Of a stretch of DNA of 64,000 nucleotides, positions 37,101-49,723 are shown piece after piece. Position 1 is the first letter of the stretch; every line of letters begins with the position of its first letter. The DNA comes from Phyllobates terribilis (lineage: Eukaryota), in assembly GCF_046119375.1 (NCBI RefSeq), contig NW_027362769.1, forward strand, positions 259,656,001 to 259,720,000. The letters run 5' to 3'. The position numbers and the translations under genes are program-made. The notes beneath the pieces were generated by a model. That model worked only from the letters and a program-made list of their open reading frames with translations, did no database searches and had not been told where the DNA came from.

Positions 37101-38185
37101 ATAACTCCCTTTGGGGCCACTTTTCCGCTTCGTACCCCCTCTGAAGTTTGATCCACCACCACTGGAACTGTCAAATTCTGAAAAGTCTGCCTTTGATATG
37201 TCAGAAGGTCTTGAATTACCGTATCTAGGTCCCCTGATTCCTTTCCTATATATCTGGCCTGATTCAAAATCCCCCAGATCTCGAATATATTTCCTATGCT
37301 TATGCTAATTTATCTCCATTTTGAGATTTTCAAAATTTCTTTGCAGATTTGATTCTAATTTCCCCAAATCAGGGTGTGTTGAGAACTGACGTATTTCATG
37401 TACCTCCTTTTCTAATTGGGTATTAATTTAATCAAACTCGGTTTCTCATATTCAAGGAGATAATTCATTAACCGCAAAGAACATTCGGTCAGTAGCTGTT
37501 CCCACCCCTGAATAAAATTATTGTCTTCCCTATGAGCGTTAGGGGTAATCTGTATGCTTAGGCCACAAGATACAATTTTTTTCTGAAGGTAAGTCTCTAG
37601 ACTAGCAATTTCCCACCAACTCCTAGTTTGTTGTTTAAATGTTTTCAGGAGATTATTAAATGATAAATTAATATCACTCTGTATTAATGATGTGTTATTG
37701 GTAGAGAAAAGCTGTGTGGCTTCCAGCAATAACCCTTCTAAATTTTGTTTCTCTGAAGGGAAACCTGCCATATTATTAAGAACAGACTACATGGAGCTAA
37801 CTTAAGGCTCCACTGAATTATCACAAACCACTCTAAACAGTGCCGTTCATGCAGTCAGCGTAGGGTAACTATATAACAATTACAAATTGCCATAGGCAAA
37901 AAAACCCTAAACTAAAGACTCATAAAAAGTAATTTTTATTAATTGTTATTAAATTATTAGATGAACATATTAAAACGAGCATGCAGTCAGCAGTGCACAG
38001 GGACAGATAGCTATTATATCTCTCCTTATATTGGTCTCCTACCTATCACTGTTTCATAGTCGGCCCCAATAGTATCACTCATATAGGAGTATCAGGATAT
38101 ACTTGAGGTGCGGCTGCAACATACACTTATTCTATTTAGTTTTTACATATTGCTGACTGACACATTTAAAAGCACCCTAAAGCCT

Positions 38186-38225
38186 CCCCAACATGTTTCA
38201 CCAGATATACTGGCGTCATCAGGGG
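38186..38225 (-). ncRNA. Minimal type I hammerhead ribozyme with intact core
   Basis: CCC-CTGATGA-C-GCCAG-TATAT-CTGGT-GAAAC-ATGT-T-GGGG: complete catalytic core, stem II, palindromic stem III ACATGT and a GUU cleavage triplet. Confidence 0.8.
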
Positions 38226-39203
38226 ATTGAGGCTATATGAGTGAGCGCATGGATCGCTTGAACTTTTAAATCTTTGGTTCTGATGTCACACCTGCAACTG
38301 CCTATCACAAAGGTTTATACATTCAGCCAATAGATGGCAAAGGTCAGTACATAGCACCAATGGGCATTTAACTTATACTCCACTCTAGAGAACCATATTG
38401 CATCTCATTGGCTCACTCCTGCTTGCCAATCATACACATTTATACATTCAGGCAATCGCTACTCTACATCAATACAAAGTACCAATGGTGGCTTTTGTCA
38501 TATTCTTCCCCAGATGTGATATCAGGTTTCATTGGTGCTTCAATGTGTACCAATCACGGCAAACCACATCTTAAGCCAATGGTTACAAAGGTCACCACAA
38601 GACACCAATGGGTGTATTAAAAAAAACAAAAAAAAATTATTTCCATGGTCTCCGGGCCGCGCGTCACTGCAGTCAGTCCGTTAAGAGAATGCTTCCACTC
38701 CGGCGCAACCGCGCATGCGCATCACCGCTACCGCCAACAGGAGTCAGTGCGCATGTCAGAGCTAATAAATCCACTCTTACACTACATAAGCGTTACTCAA
38801 ATTATTATACAATGGGCCCATTGTTGTATGACCATCTGAGTATAACATATTCAGCAAATATATACAGCCATTATTATTACACTTACTCGGGGGAATAAGT
38901 CTCCATATTTCATCCAACTGTGATGTATTCTTGACAGATGTATTCCAGTATATTCTGTATGGATATGTGCAGGATATTATTACCCTCATTCATTTCTGCA
39001 CTCTGATGTATTCTAGACTGCTGTATTTCAGTGTATATCCAGGATATTATTACCTCATTCATTTCTGCACTCTGATGTAGACTCCGATGTATTCTAGACT
39101 GGTGTATTTCAGTGTATATCCAGGAAGGATATTATTACCCTCATTCATTTCTGCTGTACATTCTGATGTATTCTAGACTGGTGTATTTCAGTATATAAGA
39201 AGA

Positions 39204-39596
39204 ATGAATGAGTTTATTAATCCAGTTGATAACCAGAAGTTTTTCATCATGAATGATATTAACTGTAGAACTAGAGGGGTAGTATATGCTATAAGGAGCC
39301 CATGCCTGAAATTGTACATTGGTAAGACCATACGGGAGTTGCGGAGAAGAATTTCAAATCATATTAGCTCAATAAATACGGAAGTAGATACTCCTTTGTC
39401 GGTGCACATGAGGAACACACATAGGAATGAACCCCTAAATTTCATCGTATGGGGGATTAGGCATATCACCCTGGGACCAAAAAAAGGGAATTTGGATAAA
39501 GCATTCCTGCAAGAAGAGTGTCGCTGGATATACAGGCTGAAATCTCACTGCCCGAACGGCTTTAATGAGGGTTTTACGTTTTCAGCCTTTCTGTAG
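39204..39596 (+). CDS. GIY-YIG endonuclease domain of a 5'-truncated Penelope copy
   Basis: VVYAIRSPCLKLYIGKT...RISNH...QEECRWIYRL...GFNE. Confidence 0.8.
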   Translation: MNEFINPVDNQKFFIMNDINCRTRGVVYAIRSPCLKLYIGKTIRELRRRISNHISSINTEVDTPLSVHMRNTHRNEPLNFIVWGIRHITLGPKKGNLDKAFLQEECRWIYRLKSHCPNGFNEGFTFSAFL

Positions 39597-40395
39597 TATC
39601 AGGGTTGATTAATAATTTAGCCTGGCTGGTTTTGTAGTAATAGCCGTTATAATTGAAATCATGAATTGAATGAGAGTAAAATGAAATAAATAAAATAAAA
39701 AGGGTTCTGGATCCCCTTTTAGTGTGATGATAGGTATGGATTCCTGCCATTATGTCTAAATTGTGATTATTTTTGGAATATCTTTTGTTTGAGCAACATG
39801 GCTGTTTGACACTAATAAAAATATTGGTGTAAAATGTATGTATTAAAATGAAAATATAAATAAATGTGTTGAGGTGATGAAAGGTCAAATGATTTATAAT
39901 ATAAAGCCAATAGGAAAATATAACAGCAGAAATGAATGAGAGTAATAATATTCTGGATATGTCAATATAAAATATACTGGACTATACCAGTCAAGAATAC
40001 ATCAGAGTGCAGAAATGAATGAGGGTAATGATATCCTGGATATACACTGAAATACACGGTCTAGAACACATCAGAGTGTACATCAGAGTGCAGAAATGAA
40101 TGAGGGTAATAATATCCTGCACATATCAATACAGAATATACTGGAATACATCTGTTGAGAATACTTCAGAGTTGGATGAAATATGGAGATTTATTCCCCC
40201 GAGTAAGTGTAATAATAATGGCTGTATATATTTGCTGAATATGTTATACTCAGATGGTCATACAACAATGGGCCCATTGTATAATAATTTGAGAAACGCT
40301 TATGTAGTGTAAGTGAATTTATTAGCTCTGACATGCGCACTGACTGCAGTTGGAGGTAGCGGTGATGGGCATGCGCGGTTGCGCCGGAGTGGAAG

Positions 40396-41663
40396 TGACG
40401 CGCCCCATGGGTCTGTGCTGTGCAGGGGATACCCGGAGCCGGATCGCTGGGGGTTGTAGTCTCCGTGGCGCTGACCCAGTCCGTGCCCAGGGTGGTCAAA
40501 CCAATGGCAGTCTTAATGTTGTAACAAGTGTCCGACTACTCCACCCGTGGATTGCGGTCAGTGGGGACCGCCGCTGCGCTGCAGACCGCTGAGGCTGATG
40601 TTGTATGCGCAGCCAAGTATGGGATTACTCCCCACGGGAGAAGTATTGCCTCAGGGCAGCTAGTGTGGATGATGGGAGTAATGGTGTGAGCGTCCCAGTC
40701 CTAATGGTGCTGGTGCGGCGATGAAACACAGAGACTTGTAATTGCAGTTTCCAATGCTTTACTCACAGTTGGAATTCGGTCAATCCTGCAGGCGATGACG
40801 GCCCAAGCCGTGCTGCGTCCACCAGGTGAGGGACTCGGTCAACTCCCAGGCAATTCCAGAGCGTGGCTCAGGGCTCCCTTCTCTACCTTTCTCTGGCCGT
40901 CCCCACCAGTGACCCACCTTTGTCCAGCTTCCTCGGGCCTTCTGTTGGAGAAACCTATCTCCGGTCTCCCTGACCCTATATGGTATGCCTTCCTGGTGGA
41001 TGTAGTGAGGGGTCGCACCAAGATGTGGTCACAACCTCCGGTCTTTGGCTGAGGAATCTGTTGCCTCCACCAATTTGGGTTCCGGTACCCTGTTCTGCCA
41101 ACCCTACACCCGCAGTCTCCTGGGTCCTTAGGGTTCCCTCTGTCCTCGTGTCTCTGGGCCTTTCTCTGTGTTCCTGTTCCTGGTTTCCTTTCTTACTTTC
41201 CTTTCTGTTCTTTCTTCTCTCTCTCTCTCTCAGGCTCTGGCCTCCTGACAAGGCCTGCCCGTGGAGCAGAGCCCATGCAGCAGCTCTGCTCCCTGTCACT
41301 TCTCCTCAGACTGCACTGACTACTGTCCTAAGATGGTGCCCACCTTTTATACCTCCCTTCTGTGTGAGCCCAGGTGACTAGCAACCAATGGGCTCCTACC
41401 TATTCCCAGAGACCCACCCCTATCTGCTCCTACACCACTGGGTGTACTTTCCCCTCCCCACTCCAGCCAGGTACAGATTCTGTCGTGCCTGCACTCCTGT
41501 CTCGTGGGAGCACCGTTGAATAGTCCCTCGGAAATGGGGTGTGTGTGGTGCATGCAGCCTACCGGGTCCTGGTCCACACTCCATCCTTACCCGGGAGTGG
41601 AATATCACACCTCTGGTTTGGGGTGCAATACCCCTGTAGCAGCCGAGCCCTCGGGGTGCTACA
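40396..41663 (-). mobile_element. Gypsy solo LTR
   Basis: TGTAGCACCCC...GGGGCGCGTCA flanked by TSD GAAG (40392-40395 and 41664-41667). Confidence 0.9.
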
Positions 41664-42136
41664 GAAGCATTCTCGGAAAGGACTGACTGCAGTGACGCAA
41701 GGCCCGGAGACCTCGGAAGGAATTTTTTTTTTGTTTTTTTTTTAATACACCCATTGGTGTCTTGTGGTGACCTTTGTAATCATTGGCTTAAAATGTGGTT
41801 TGCCGTGATTGGTACACATTGAAGCACCAATGAAACCTGATATGACATCTGGTGAGGAATATGACAAAAGCTACCATTGGTACTTTGTTTTGATGTAGAG
41901 TAGCGATTGGCTGAAAGTATAAATGTGTATGGTTGGCAAGCAGGAGTGAGCCAATGAGATGCAATATGGTTCTCTAGAGTGGAGTATAAGTTAAATGCCC
42001 ATTGGTGCTATGTACTGACCTTTGCCATCTATTGGCTGAATGTATAAACCTTTGTGATAGGCAGTTGCAGGTGTGACATCAGAACCAAACCTTTAAAAGT
42101 TCAAGCGATCCATGCGCTCATTCATATAGCTTCAAT

Positions 42137-42176
42137 CCCCTGATTACATCAGTATATCTGGTGAAACATGTTGGGG
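42137..42176 (+). ncRNA. Second hammerhead copy with a core mutation (CTGATTA, G8U), probably inactive
   Basis: CCC-CTGATTA-CATCAGTATATCTGGT-GAAACATGTT-GGGG. Confidence 0.65.
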
Positions 42177-42479
42177 AGGCTTTAGGGTGCTTTTAAATGG
42201 GTCAGTCAGCAATATATGAAAACTATATAGGATAAGTGTAGGTTGCGGCCGCACCGTAAGTATATCCTGATACTCCTATATGAGTGATGCTATTGGGGAG
42301 ACTATGAAACAGTGATAGGTAGGAGACCAATATAAGGAGAGATATGTACTGCTGCACTTACACAATTATTTTGCCCCTACTGAAGCCCGTTAATGTTCTA
42401 GCCCACTATGATACGCCTTCTAAGGCCTCCATAGAGTAGGATGACTTAAAAAAATGCCCCAACACAGAAAGATGTTCCC

Positions 42480-45110
42480 ATATTCATCCACTTACACAGC
42501 ATAATGGCCCCACAAACCCCACACAGTAAGATGGTTACCCCAGCCCCTCCACACAGTATGATGGTCACTACAGCCTCCCTGCGCAGTATAATGTCCACCA
42601 CATCCTCCAAGCACAGTATAATGTCCTCCACCGCCTGCTCACATATTATGGTGGTCACCACTGACCCCCACACAGTATGATTGCTACCTATAGCCCCTAT
42701 ATATAGTGTGATGGTCTCACAACAGGAACCTATACAGTATGATGGTCCCCCACAGGCCCCTATACATTATGATGGTGCCCCACAGCCTCAATACAGTATG
42801 ATGGTCCCCCACACAGTATGATGTGCAACTAACTGCCCCAATACAGTATGATGATCTTCCCACAGGCCCCTATATAGTATGATGGTTCCCCACAGCTCTC
42901 CATATAGTATGATGCCCTCCACGTCTCTATATAGTATGATGGTTCCCCACAGACCCCTGCATAATATGAAGATCCCCCACAGCTTTCCATACAGTATGAT
43001 GGTATGATGGTTATTCCTATATAGTATGACTGCCCCCCACAGCCCTAATACAGTATGATGGTCTCCCATAGCCTTCCATAGACTAGGATAGTCCCTCACA
43101 GCCCCAATACAACATGATGGTCTCCCACAGGCTCCTATATAATATGATGATCCCCGCCCAGGCCACTATCTATAATATAAGGCTACAAGGGTCCCTTTGT
43201 CCAAAGCCTTTATAGACTGCGCAAGCGCGACGCACCTGCGTTGTCTGGCTGTAGACGGTAGAACGCATCAAGCCGTTACAGGTTAGAGCAGTGTATGGCG
43301 CCGGAGATCGCGGTATGTGTAGGCACTGAATGCATACCGCGATCTCCGGCGCCATACTTACATACATACCTGACTGGGAGGAGTGTTGCCGAGGCGCCTC
43401 TGTTCTGGCCGAAGACTGGGACAGGAGTGAGGCTTTGGAAATGGTGCATGCGCATAGCGCGCTGTCTGGCGCAAAGTTACTGAAGACACATTTGCCGTGT
43501 GTTTTCAGCAAAATGGTGCCGCACAGCGCAGTATGGGCACACGCTTACTCCGGCACCACACTCCTCTCCCGGACTCCGGCAGAACGGGACGCAGCTCTGG
43601 AACAAAGGGAAGAAAGGTGAGTATAAGTGTTTATTTTTTTGTGTGTGTGCAGCGTGATGGGGATGAGGGGTACCATACATACCAGGCTAGGGATGAGGGA
43701 TGGAGTACCATGCATACCAGGATGAGGGATGGGGTACCATACATACCGGGATGACAGATGGGGTACCATGCATACGAGGATGACAGATGGGGTACCATGC
43801 ATACCAGGATGACAGATGGGGTACCATGCATACCAGGATAGGGATGAGGGGGTACCATGCATACCAGGATGAGGGATGGGGTGCCATGCATACCAGGATG
43901 AGGGTTGGGGTACCATGCATACCAGGATGATGGATGAGGGGTGCAATGCATACCAGGATTGGGGATGAGGGGGTACCATACATACCAGGATAGGGATGAG
44001 GGTTACCATACATACCAGGATTGGGGATGAGGGGTAGCATACACACCAGGATGAGGGGTGGGGTACCATGCATACCAGGATAGGGATGAGGGGGTACCAT
44101 GCATACCAGGATGAGGGACGGGGTACCATGCATACCAGGATGAGGGATGGGGTACCATGCATACCAGGATGAAGGATGGGGTACCATGCATACCAGGAGA
44201 GGGATGAGGGGGGTACCATGCATACCAGGATAGGTATGAGGGGTACCATACATACCAGGATGAGGGATGGGGTACCATGCATACCAGGATAGGGATAAGA
44301 GATGCCATGCATACCAGGATAGGGATGAGGGGTACCATACATACCAGGATAAGGATGAGGGGTACCATACATAGCAAGATTGGGGATGAGGGGTACCATA
44401 CATACCAGGATGAGGGATGGGGTGCCATGCATACCAGTATTGGGGGTGAGGGGTGCCATGCATACCAGGATAGGGATGAGAGGTACCATACATACCAGGA
44501 TTAGGGATGAGGGGTGCCATGCATACCAGGATTGGGCATGAGGGGGTACCATACATACCAGGAAAGGGATGAAGGGTGCCATACATACCATAATTGGGGC
44601 TGAGGGGTACTATGCATACCAGGATGAGAAATGGGGTATTATACATACCAGGAGAGGGATGAGGGGGTACCATACATACCAGGATAGGGGATGAAGGGTG
44701 CAATACATACCAGGATTAGGGATGAGGGATACCATACATACAAGGATGAGGTGCCATGAAAACCAAGATTGGGGGATGAGGGGTGCCATGCATACCAGGA
44801 TGGGGATGAGGTGTAGCATGCATATCAGCATAAGGCTGAGGGGGCCATACATACTAGGATTGGGGATGAGGGAGCCATGCATACTAGGATTGATATGAGG
44901 GGGTGCCATACATACCAGGATAAGATGGGGGCAGCACATAATAGGATGGGGGCAGCACATAACAGGATGGGGGACCATATACCAATAAAAATGCTCGCCA
45001 CCGGGCGTAGAAAGGGTTCAATAGCTAGTATAGTATGTTGGTCTCAGTACAGGCTCCTATATAGTATGATGGTCTCCCACACAGTATTATTGGCACCACA
45101 GCCCACAATA
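42480..45110. repeat. Degenerate about 30-bp minisatellite (CAGTATGATGGTCCCC...), interrupted by a non-autonomous Helitron
   Basis: The unit continues on both sides of 43169-45028. Confidence 0.75.
43169..45028 (+). mobile_element. Non-autonomous Helitron with an internal 29-33-bp minisatellite (about 43650-44930)
   Basis: A|TCTATAATATAA 5' end, CGCC-ACCG-GGCG hairpin followed by CTAG|T at the 3' end, AT target site. Confidence 0.75.
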
Positions 45111-45560
45111 AGACCCAAAACCTACTGCTCACCTAATCCAGCCATCGCGTCCACCACAGTTGCTATCTCCTATTTCAATACTGTCTTGCAGTGGACGCCG
45201 TTGCAGTGACGTCATCGCACCGCACGATGTCACCTGAGTGTCATCAGCCTCCAGCAGATCACATCCTGCGGCCTGTAAAAGTGACGGGGTACGGAGCTGG
45301 CGGCTACATGCTCCACCATGGCTGTTAACAGTACCAAAGTATTGAGGACGTCAATACAGTTAATAGAGTTGCAACTGATGCGGCACACAACCGGACTAGC
45401 CCATCTGGTGTTTGCTAGAATTGCCAGATGGCCAATCCGGACGTAGTTACAGCTCTCATATGACATAATAATCATGCCATAAGATCATGGGGAGACACTT
45501 AGCTCAGAATGGAAAAACATCATCGGTCTGGTAGACTTGTATGCTATTTTTCTTCTTTCA

Positions 45561-47205
45561 CCCCTTAGTGACCGAACCAATTTTGACCTTACTGGCCAGG
45601 CCAATTTTTGGAAATTTGACCAGTGTCACTTTATGTGGTAAGAACTCTGGAACACTTCAATGGATCCCAGTGATTCTGAGACTGTTTTTTTGTGACATAT
45701 TGTACTTCATAATAGTGGTTACATTTGTTCAATATGACTTGCGTTCATTTCCGAAAATATCAGAAATTTGGCAAAAATGTTTAAAATTTTGCAATTTTCT
45801 AAATTTTAATTCTTATGCCCTTAAACCAGAGAGAGTTATTTCTTACAAAATGGTTAAAAAATAACATTTCCCACTTGTCTACTTTACATCTGCCTCATTT
45901 TTAAACATAATTTTTTTTTGTTAGGAAGTTATAAAGGTTAAAAGTTGACCAGTGATTTGTCATTTTTACAGCAAAATTTACCAAACAATTTTTTTAGAGA
46001 CCACATCACATTTGAAGTGACTTTGGTTGGCCTATATGAAAGAAAATGCCCAAAAGTGACACCATTCTAAAAACTACACCCCTAAAAGTCCTCAAAACAA
46101 CATTCAAGAAGATTATTAACCCTTCAGATACTTCACAGGAATTAAAGCAATGTTGAAGGAAAAATTAACATTTTACTTTTTTTCCCAAAAATTTTAATTT
46201 AGCCCCCGATTTTTTATTTTCATAAGAGTAACAGGAGAAAATAAACCCCAAAATTTGTTGTGCAATTTCTCCTCAGTATGCTGATACTCCATATGTGGGT
46301 AAAACTACTGTTTGTGTGCACGCCAGGGTTCAGATGGGAAGGAGCATTGTTTGACTTTTTGAATGCAAAAATAGCTGGAATCAAGATTGGAAGTCATGTC
46401 GCGTTTGGAGAGCCGCTGACATGCGAAAACAGCAAAAAACAAAACAAAACACAAGTGACCTCATTTTGGAAACTAGTCCCCTGAAGGAATTCATTTAGGG
46501 GTGAACTGAGCATTTTTAACCTACAGGCGATTCACAAAACTTTATAACTTACAGATGTGAAAACAAAAAATATTTTTTTCCACTAAAATACTGTTTTAGC
46601 ACCAAATTTATATTTACACGAGGAATAATAGAAGAAAATGGACCCCATAATTTGTTATGCAATTTTTACCAAACACAGTGATACCCCATATGTTTGAGCA
46701 CACGGCAGGATTCGGATGGGAAGGAGCGCTACTTGACTTTTAGAACGCAGATTTTGTTTGAATAGATTCTGGGCTCCATTAGCCGAGCCCCTGAGGTGCC
46801 AGAACAGCAGAAACCCCCCAAGTGAACCTATATTGGAAACTTCATTGCCTAAGGAATTCATCTATGGGTGTAGCGAGTATTTTGAACCCATAGGTGCCTC
46901 ACAGAATTTTATAACATTGGGACGTGGAAATATGACATTTTTTGTGGTAAAAATGTAATTTTTGTATTTGCTGCAAACTTGTCAGGTACACAAGGGTTAA
47001 TAGGTGAAACTGGACCCCATAATTTATTGCGCAATTCCTCCCGAACACGGTGATGCCCCATATGTCGTCAGAAATTACTGTTAGGCAACACGTCAGGGCT
47101 GAGAAGGAAGGAGCGCTATTTGGCTTTTTTCTAGCACAGATTTTGGAAGAATAGTTTACGGGCAACATTCACTACTGGACAACTCATTTTGAAAACTGTC
47201 AGTGT
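45561..47205. mobile_element. Non-autonomous TTAA-type DNA element with about 400-bp internal repeats
   Basis: Starts CCCCTTAGTGACC. CCCCA(A/T)AATTT(G/A)TT repeats occur near 46247, 46645 and 47015. The right end is unclear. Confidence 0.5.
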
Positions 47206-47823
47206 GCTTAATTTAACCTCTTAATCAGAGGCGGACACTGACTGCTTGGGGCTCCTGTGCAAGAAATGTGCCTGGGCCCCTCATCTTTTATGGTGACAAA
47301 GCTACACATGTATATATAGCCACACAGACATATATACCTCTTACATAGCCTCCTTTATTATGTATATTGCCGTCCCTTATTACACAGTACCCTCTCTTGT
47401 TATGTACAGCACCGTCCCTTACATAGTTTTATTACATACCATTCTCTCTTGTTAGATATGTAATGCAATGACGGCTGATGGAGCATGGGATAGCTTCTTT
47501 TCTATTGAAGGAGCTGATGGACTGGTCTTCTGGTCAGATGCTGCCCCATCAGCAGTCATTTTATATCTATCTAGAGACGACTAATAAAAGAGGGCGCTGT
47601 GACTGACAAAAATAACAAGAATACGATATGTAAGGGATAGCACTGTACATAACAGCAGAGGAAGCTATATGATAAGAGACGGCACCATATATAACTAGAG
47701 AGGATGGTACGTAATAAGGGATGGTGTTATACATAATAAAAGAGGAAACTATATAGTTAAGGATGGCGCTATACATAATAAGTGAGTACACTATATACTA
47801 AGGGACTGCGCTATACATAATAA

Positions 47824-48072
47824 AGCTACATTCCTGTATCTGTGTGCAGTGTCTGTGTGCTGCATGCTTTTACAGACGCATTGAGCATGTCCTATTCTAA
47901 TCCTCAACATCTGATCATAACAGGACATTCTCTGACCCTCACAGATCTCATTCTTAGATCGGTGATTTTCATGGATGTGTGAATGGATCTATAAAACTCT
48001 ACGAGTCCATGGACCATCCGATAAAAAAATCTGGCAGCACACGGACTTTTCACACAAATGTGAGAATGCAGC
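47824..48072. mobile_element. PIF/Harbinger-like MITE
   Basis: TAA-AGCTACATTC...GAATGCAGCC-TAA. Confidence 0.45.
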
Positions 48073-49339
48073 CTAAAGGATTTTACAGATAACATTATCA
48101 CTCCAAGTCACACAGTGCAGATACAGAATAATATTTATGTGGCGCCCAGCTCCGCTTGGTACCACAGATCCTAGAAGGGTGCATTAATGGAATCCTCCAC
48201 AAGAGGCCCCCATAAACATTCACACATCTCCACCTTCCACCTCAGACCAGCAGAGGGAGCCCGTTAGGGATATAAATAGGGAAGGTGGAGCTAGGCAGTT
48301 GAGTGATTCAGCAGTTCCTCTGGAGAGTTCAGCAAGTACAGACCTGAATACAGAGTCGAGCTCAGTTAGTCTGGAGTGCACAGAGAGTGAAAAGCTGTGT
48401 GTGCGGAGAAGCACGTGGGTTTCTGTGTAGGCAAACTAGGCCTCCAGCAGTCCTGAAGCCCAGTCTAGACTCAGGAGCTCAAGTAAGTGAGCCCAAGGTG
48501 TGCCAACGCCTGTAAGAGCGGTGAAGAGTGGCAAGCTGCCGTTAGTGTGAGTAGCCTAGTGAGGGCCCGAGTGTGGCCAAAGGCGAGTGGAAAGTGAGCA
48601 GCAGTGGGGACAGAGGAGCTTACCCAGCTCACCCCAAAGAATATACCGGACACCGGGTCCGAGCTTACCGGGATCTTTATGACCCAGTAAGGCATAACCG
48701 GAATCCCTGGAGAACTACAGGTCCCAGGCTCACCAGAGAGCTGATACGCAACAGAGTCAGGAGACACATAGGCCCCGTAAGCTGGGAGCATGCACTCCAA
48801 GAGAAGGCCCTACCACAACGTCAGCCGATGCAGGACAGAGATAAAGTTTTGCCTAGCTTCAGGCAGGTCAGAAACTTTCTACGCAGAGGCAAGAAACAGG
48901 AGGCCCTACACCCGCTCATTGGGGAGGATCCTGATATGCACCCTTCACCCTACAGTGCTCAGGGATGTGCCTGAACTACCACCAGTAAAAAGTACCGAAG
49001 TGACTACCGTGTCCATCCCGGTTCTTGCTCTGACTCGGCTGGGTCTCACCTGTCCTGCATCCCCCCTCTGCGTACGCTGCCCTGAGGCCTAGCTCCACCT
49101 GTGGGGAGCTATACCATCGAGCTGCCATATCACCGGCCTCAGTGGACTGCCGCAGCGCTGGTGATTCTCACCAGAAACCACAGGTGGCATCACGAATTTC
49201 CATGAAATTAACAAACAATCCCCTTTTAAAAGCTGACCCCAGGGTACGGGCCCGGTAGCCGACCACCGAGACATCCCCAAGGCCAGGCAAAGGCCCGGGT
49301 ACCGAGTTGTCCCCATCCCCCTGGGCGAGTCATCTTTCC

Positions 49340-49357
49340 TGGCGTCACGAACAGGAT
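49340..49357 (+). promoter_or_regulatory. Primer-binding site for tRNA-Ser(CGA)
   Basis: TGGCGTCACGAACAGGAT is complementary to the tRNA-Ser(CGA) 3' end ...ATCCTGTTCGTGACGCCA (tRNA sequence from memory). Confidence 0.85.
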
Positions 49358-49723
49358 TTCGTGCCCGCTGCAACGACGGAGTGTTATGCCCTTTGCCACC
49401 GGGTACTGTGCGCCTTTAATTAAAAACTGTGTACGTTAAACAGTGGTAAAGATTGCCGCCATTGTTGGGCCGCCAAGCGAGAAGAAGGGCGTAACTGCGG
49501 GAAACTGAGGGGCGTACCTGCAAAAGCACGCGAAGCCCCGGACATGCCCCACGCCTCGAAGTCAAACCAGGAAGCGCCAGGTCCTTGAAGGAGCGTCGCT
49601 GAACGCTCTGACGTAGGACGCAAGCGACGCAAGGTCCTGAAGAGGACCGTCACCTGCGGAGCTACGGCCTACCGGAAGAAAAGAAAAGAAGGTAGGCCAC
49701 GGTTCGCTAGGGGGGGCGTCAGA

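Larger units (their letters stand above)
27514..37823 (-). mobile_element. Penelope-like element (ORF1, RT, GIY-YIG), interrupted in its 3' UTR by the Helitron
   Basis: Fragmented ORFs: WEIASLETYL (about 37600), LIKRGLSFTP, KPSDKGGNIV, PKVHRK...GRPIVS, LDTEAFYSNI, FLDLTI, YRKPT and VVYAIRCPCPKLYIGKT (34454-34846). Confidence 0.88.
38016..42345. mobile_element. Inverted Penelope structure: pLTR (38016-about 39198, minus) joined to GIY-YIG plus 3' UTR/pLTR (39204-42345, plus)
   Basis: 38016-39198 is the reverse complement of about 39970-42345 once the solo LTR is removed, and both arms end at ATATCTCTCCTTATA. The GIY-YIG ORF 39204-39596 is nearly identical to 34454-34846. Confidence 0.85.

Noticed and set aside
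43545-44978. Long ORFs (348, 338, 141 and 122 aa) rich in Pro, His and Trp
   Set aside because: They are translations of a stop-free minisatellite, open in several frames at once.
48471-49092. ORFs apparently conserved twice (also at 56802-57423); similar pairs at 8466/10043
   Set aside because: This is simply LTR duplication, and there are no recognisable domains.
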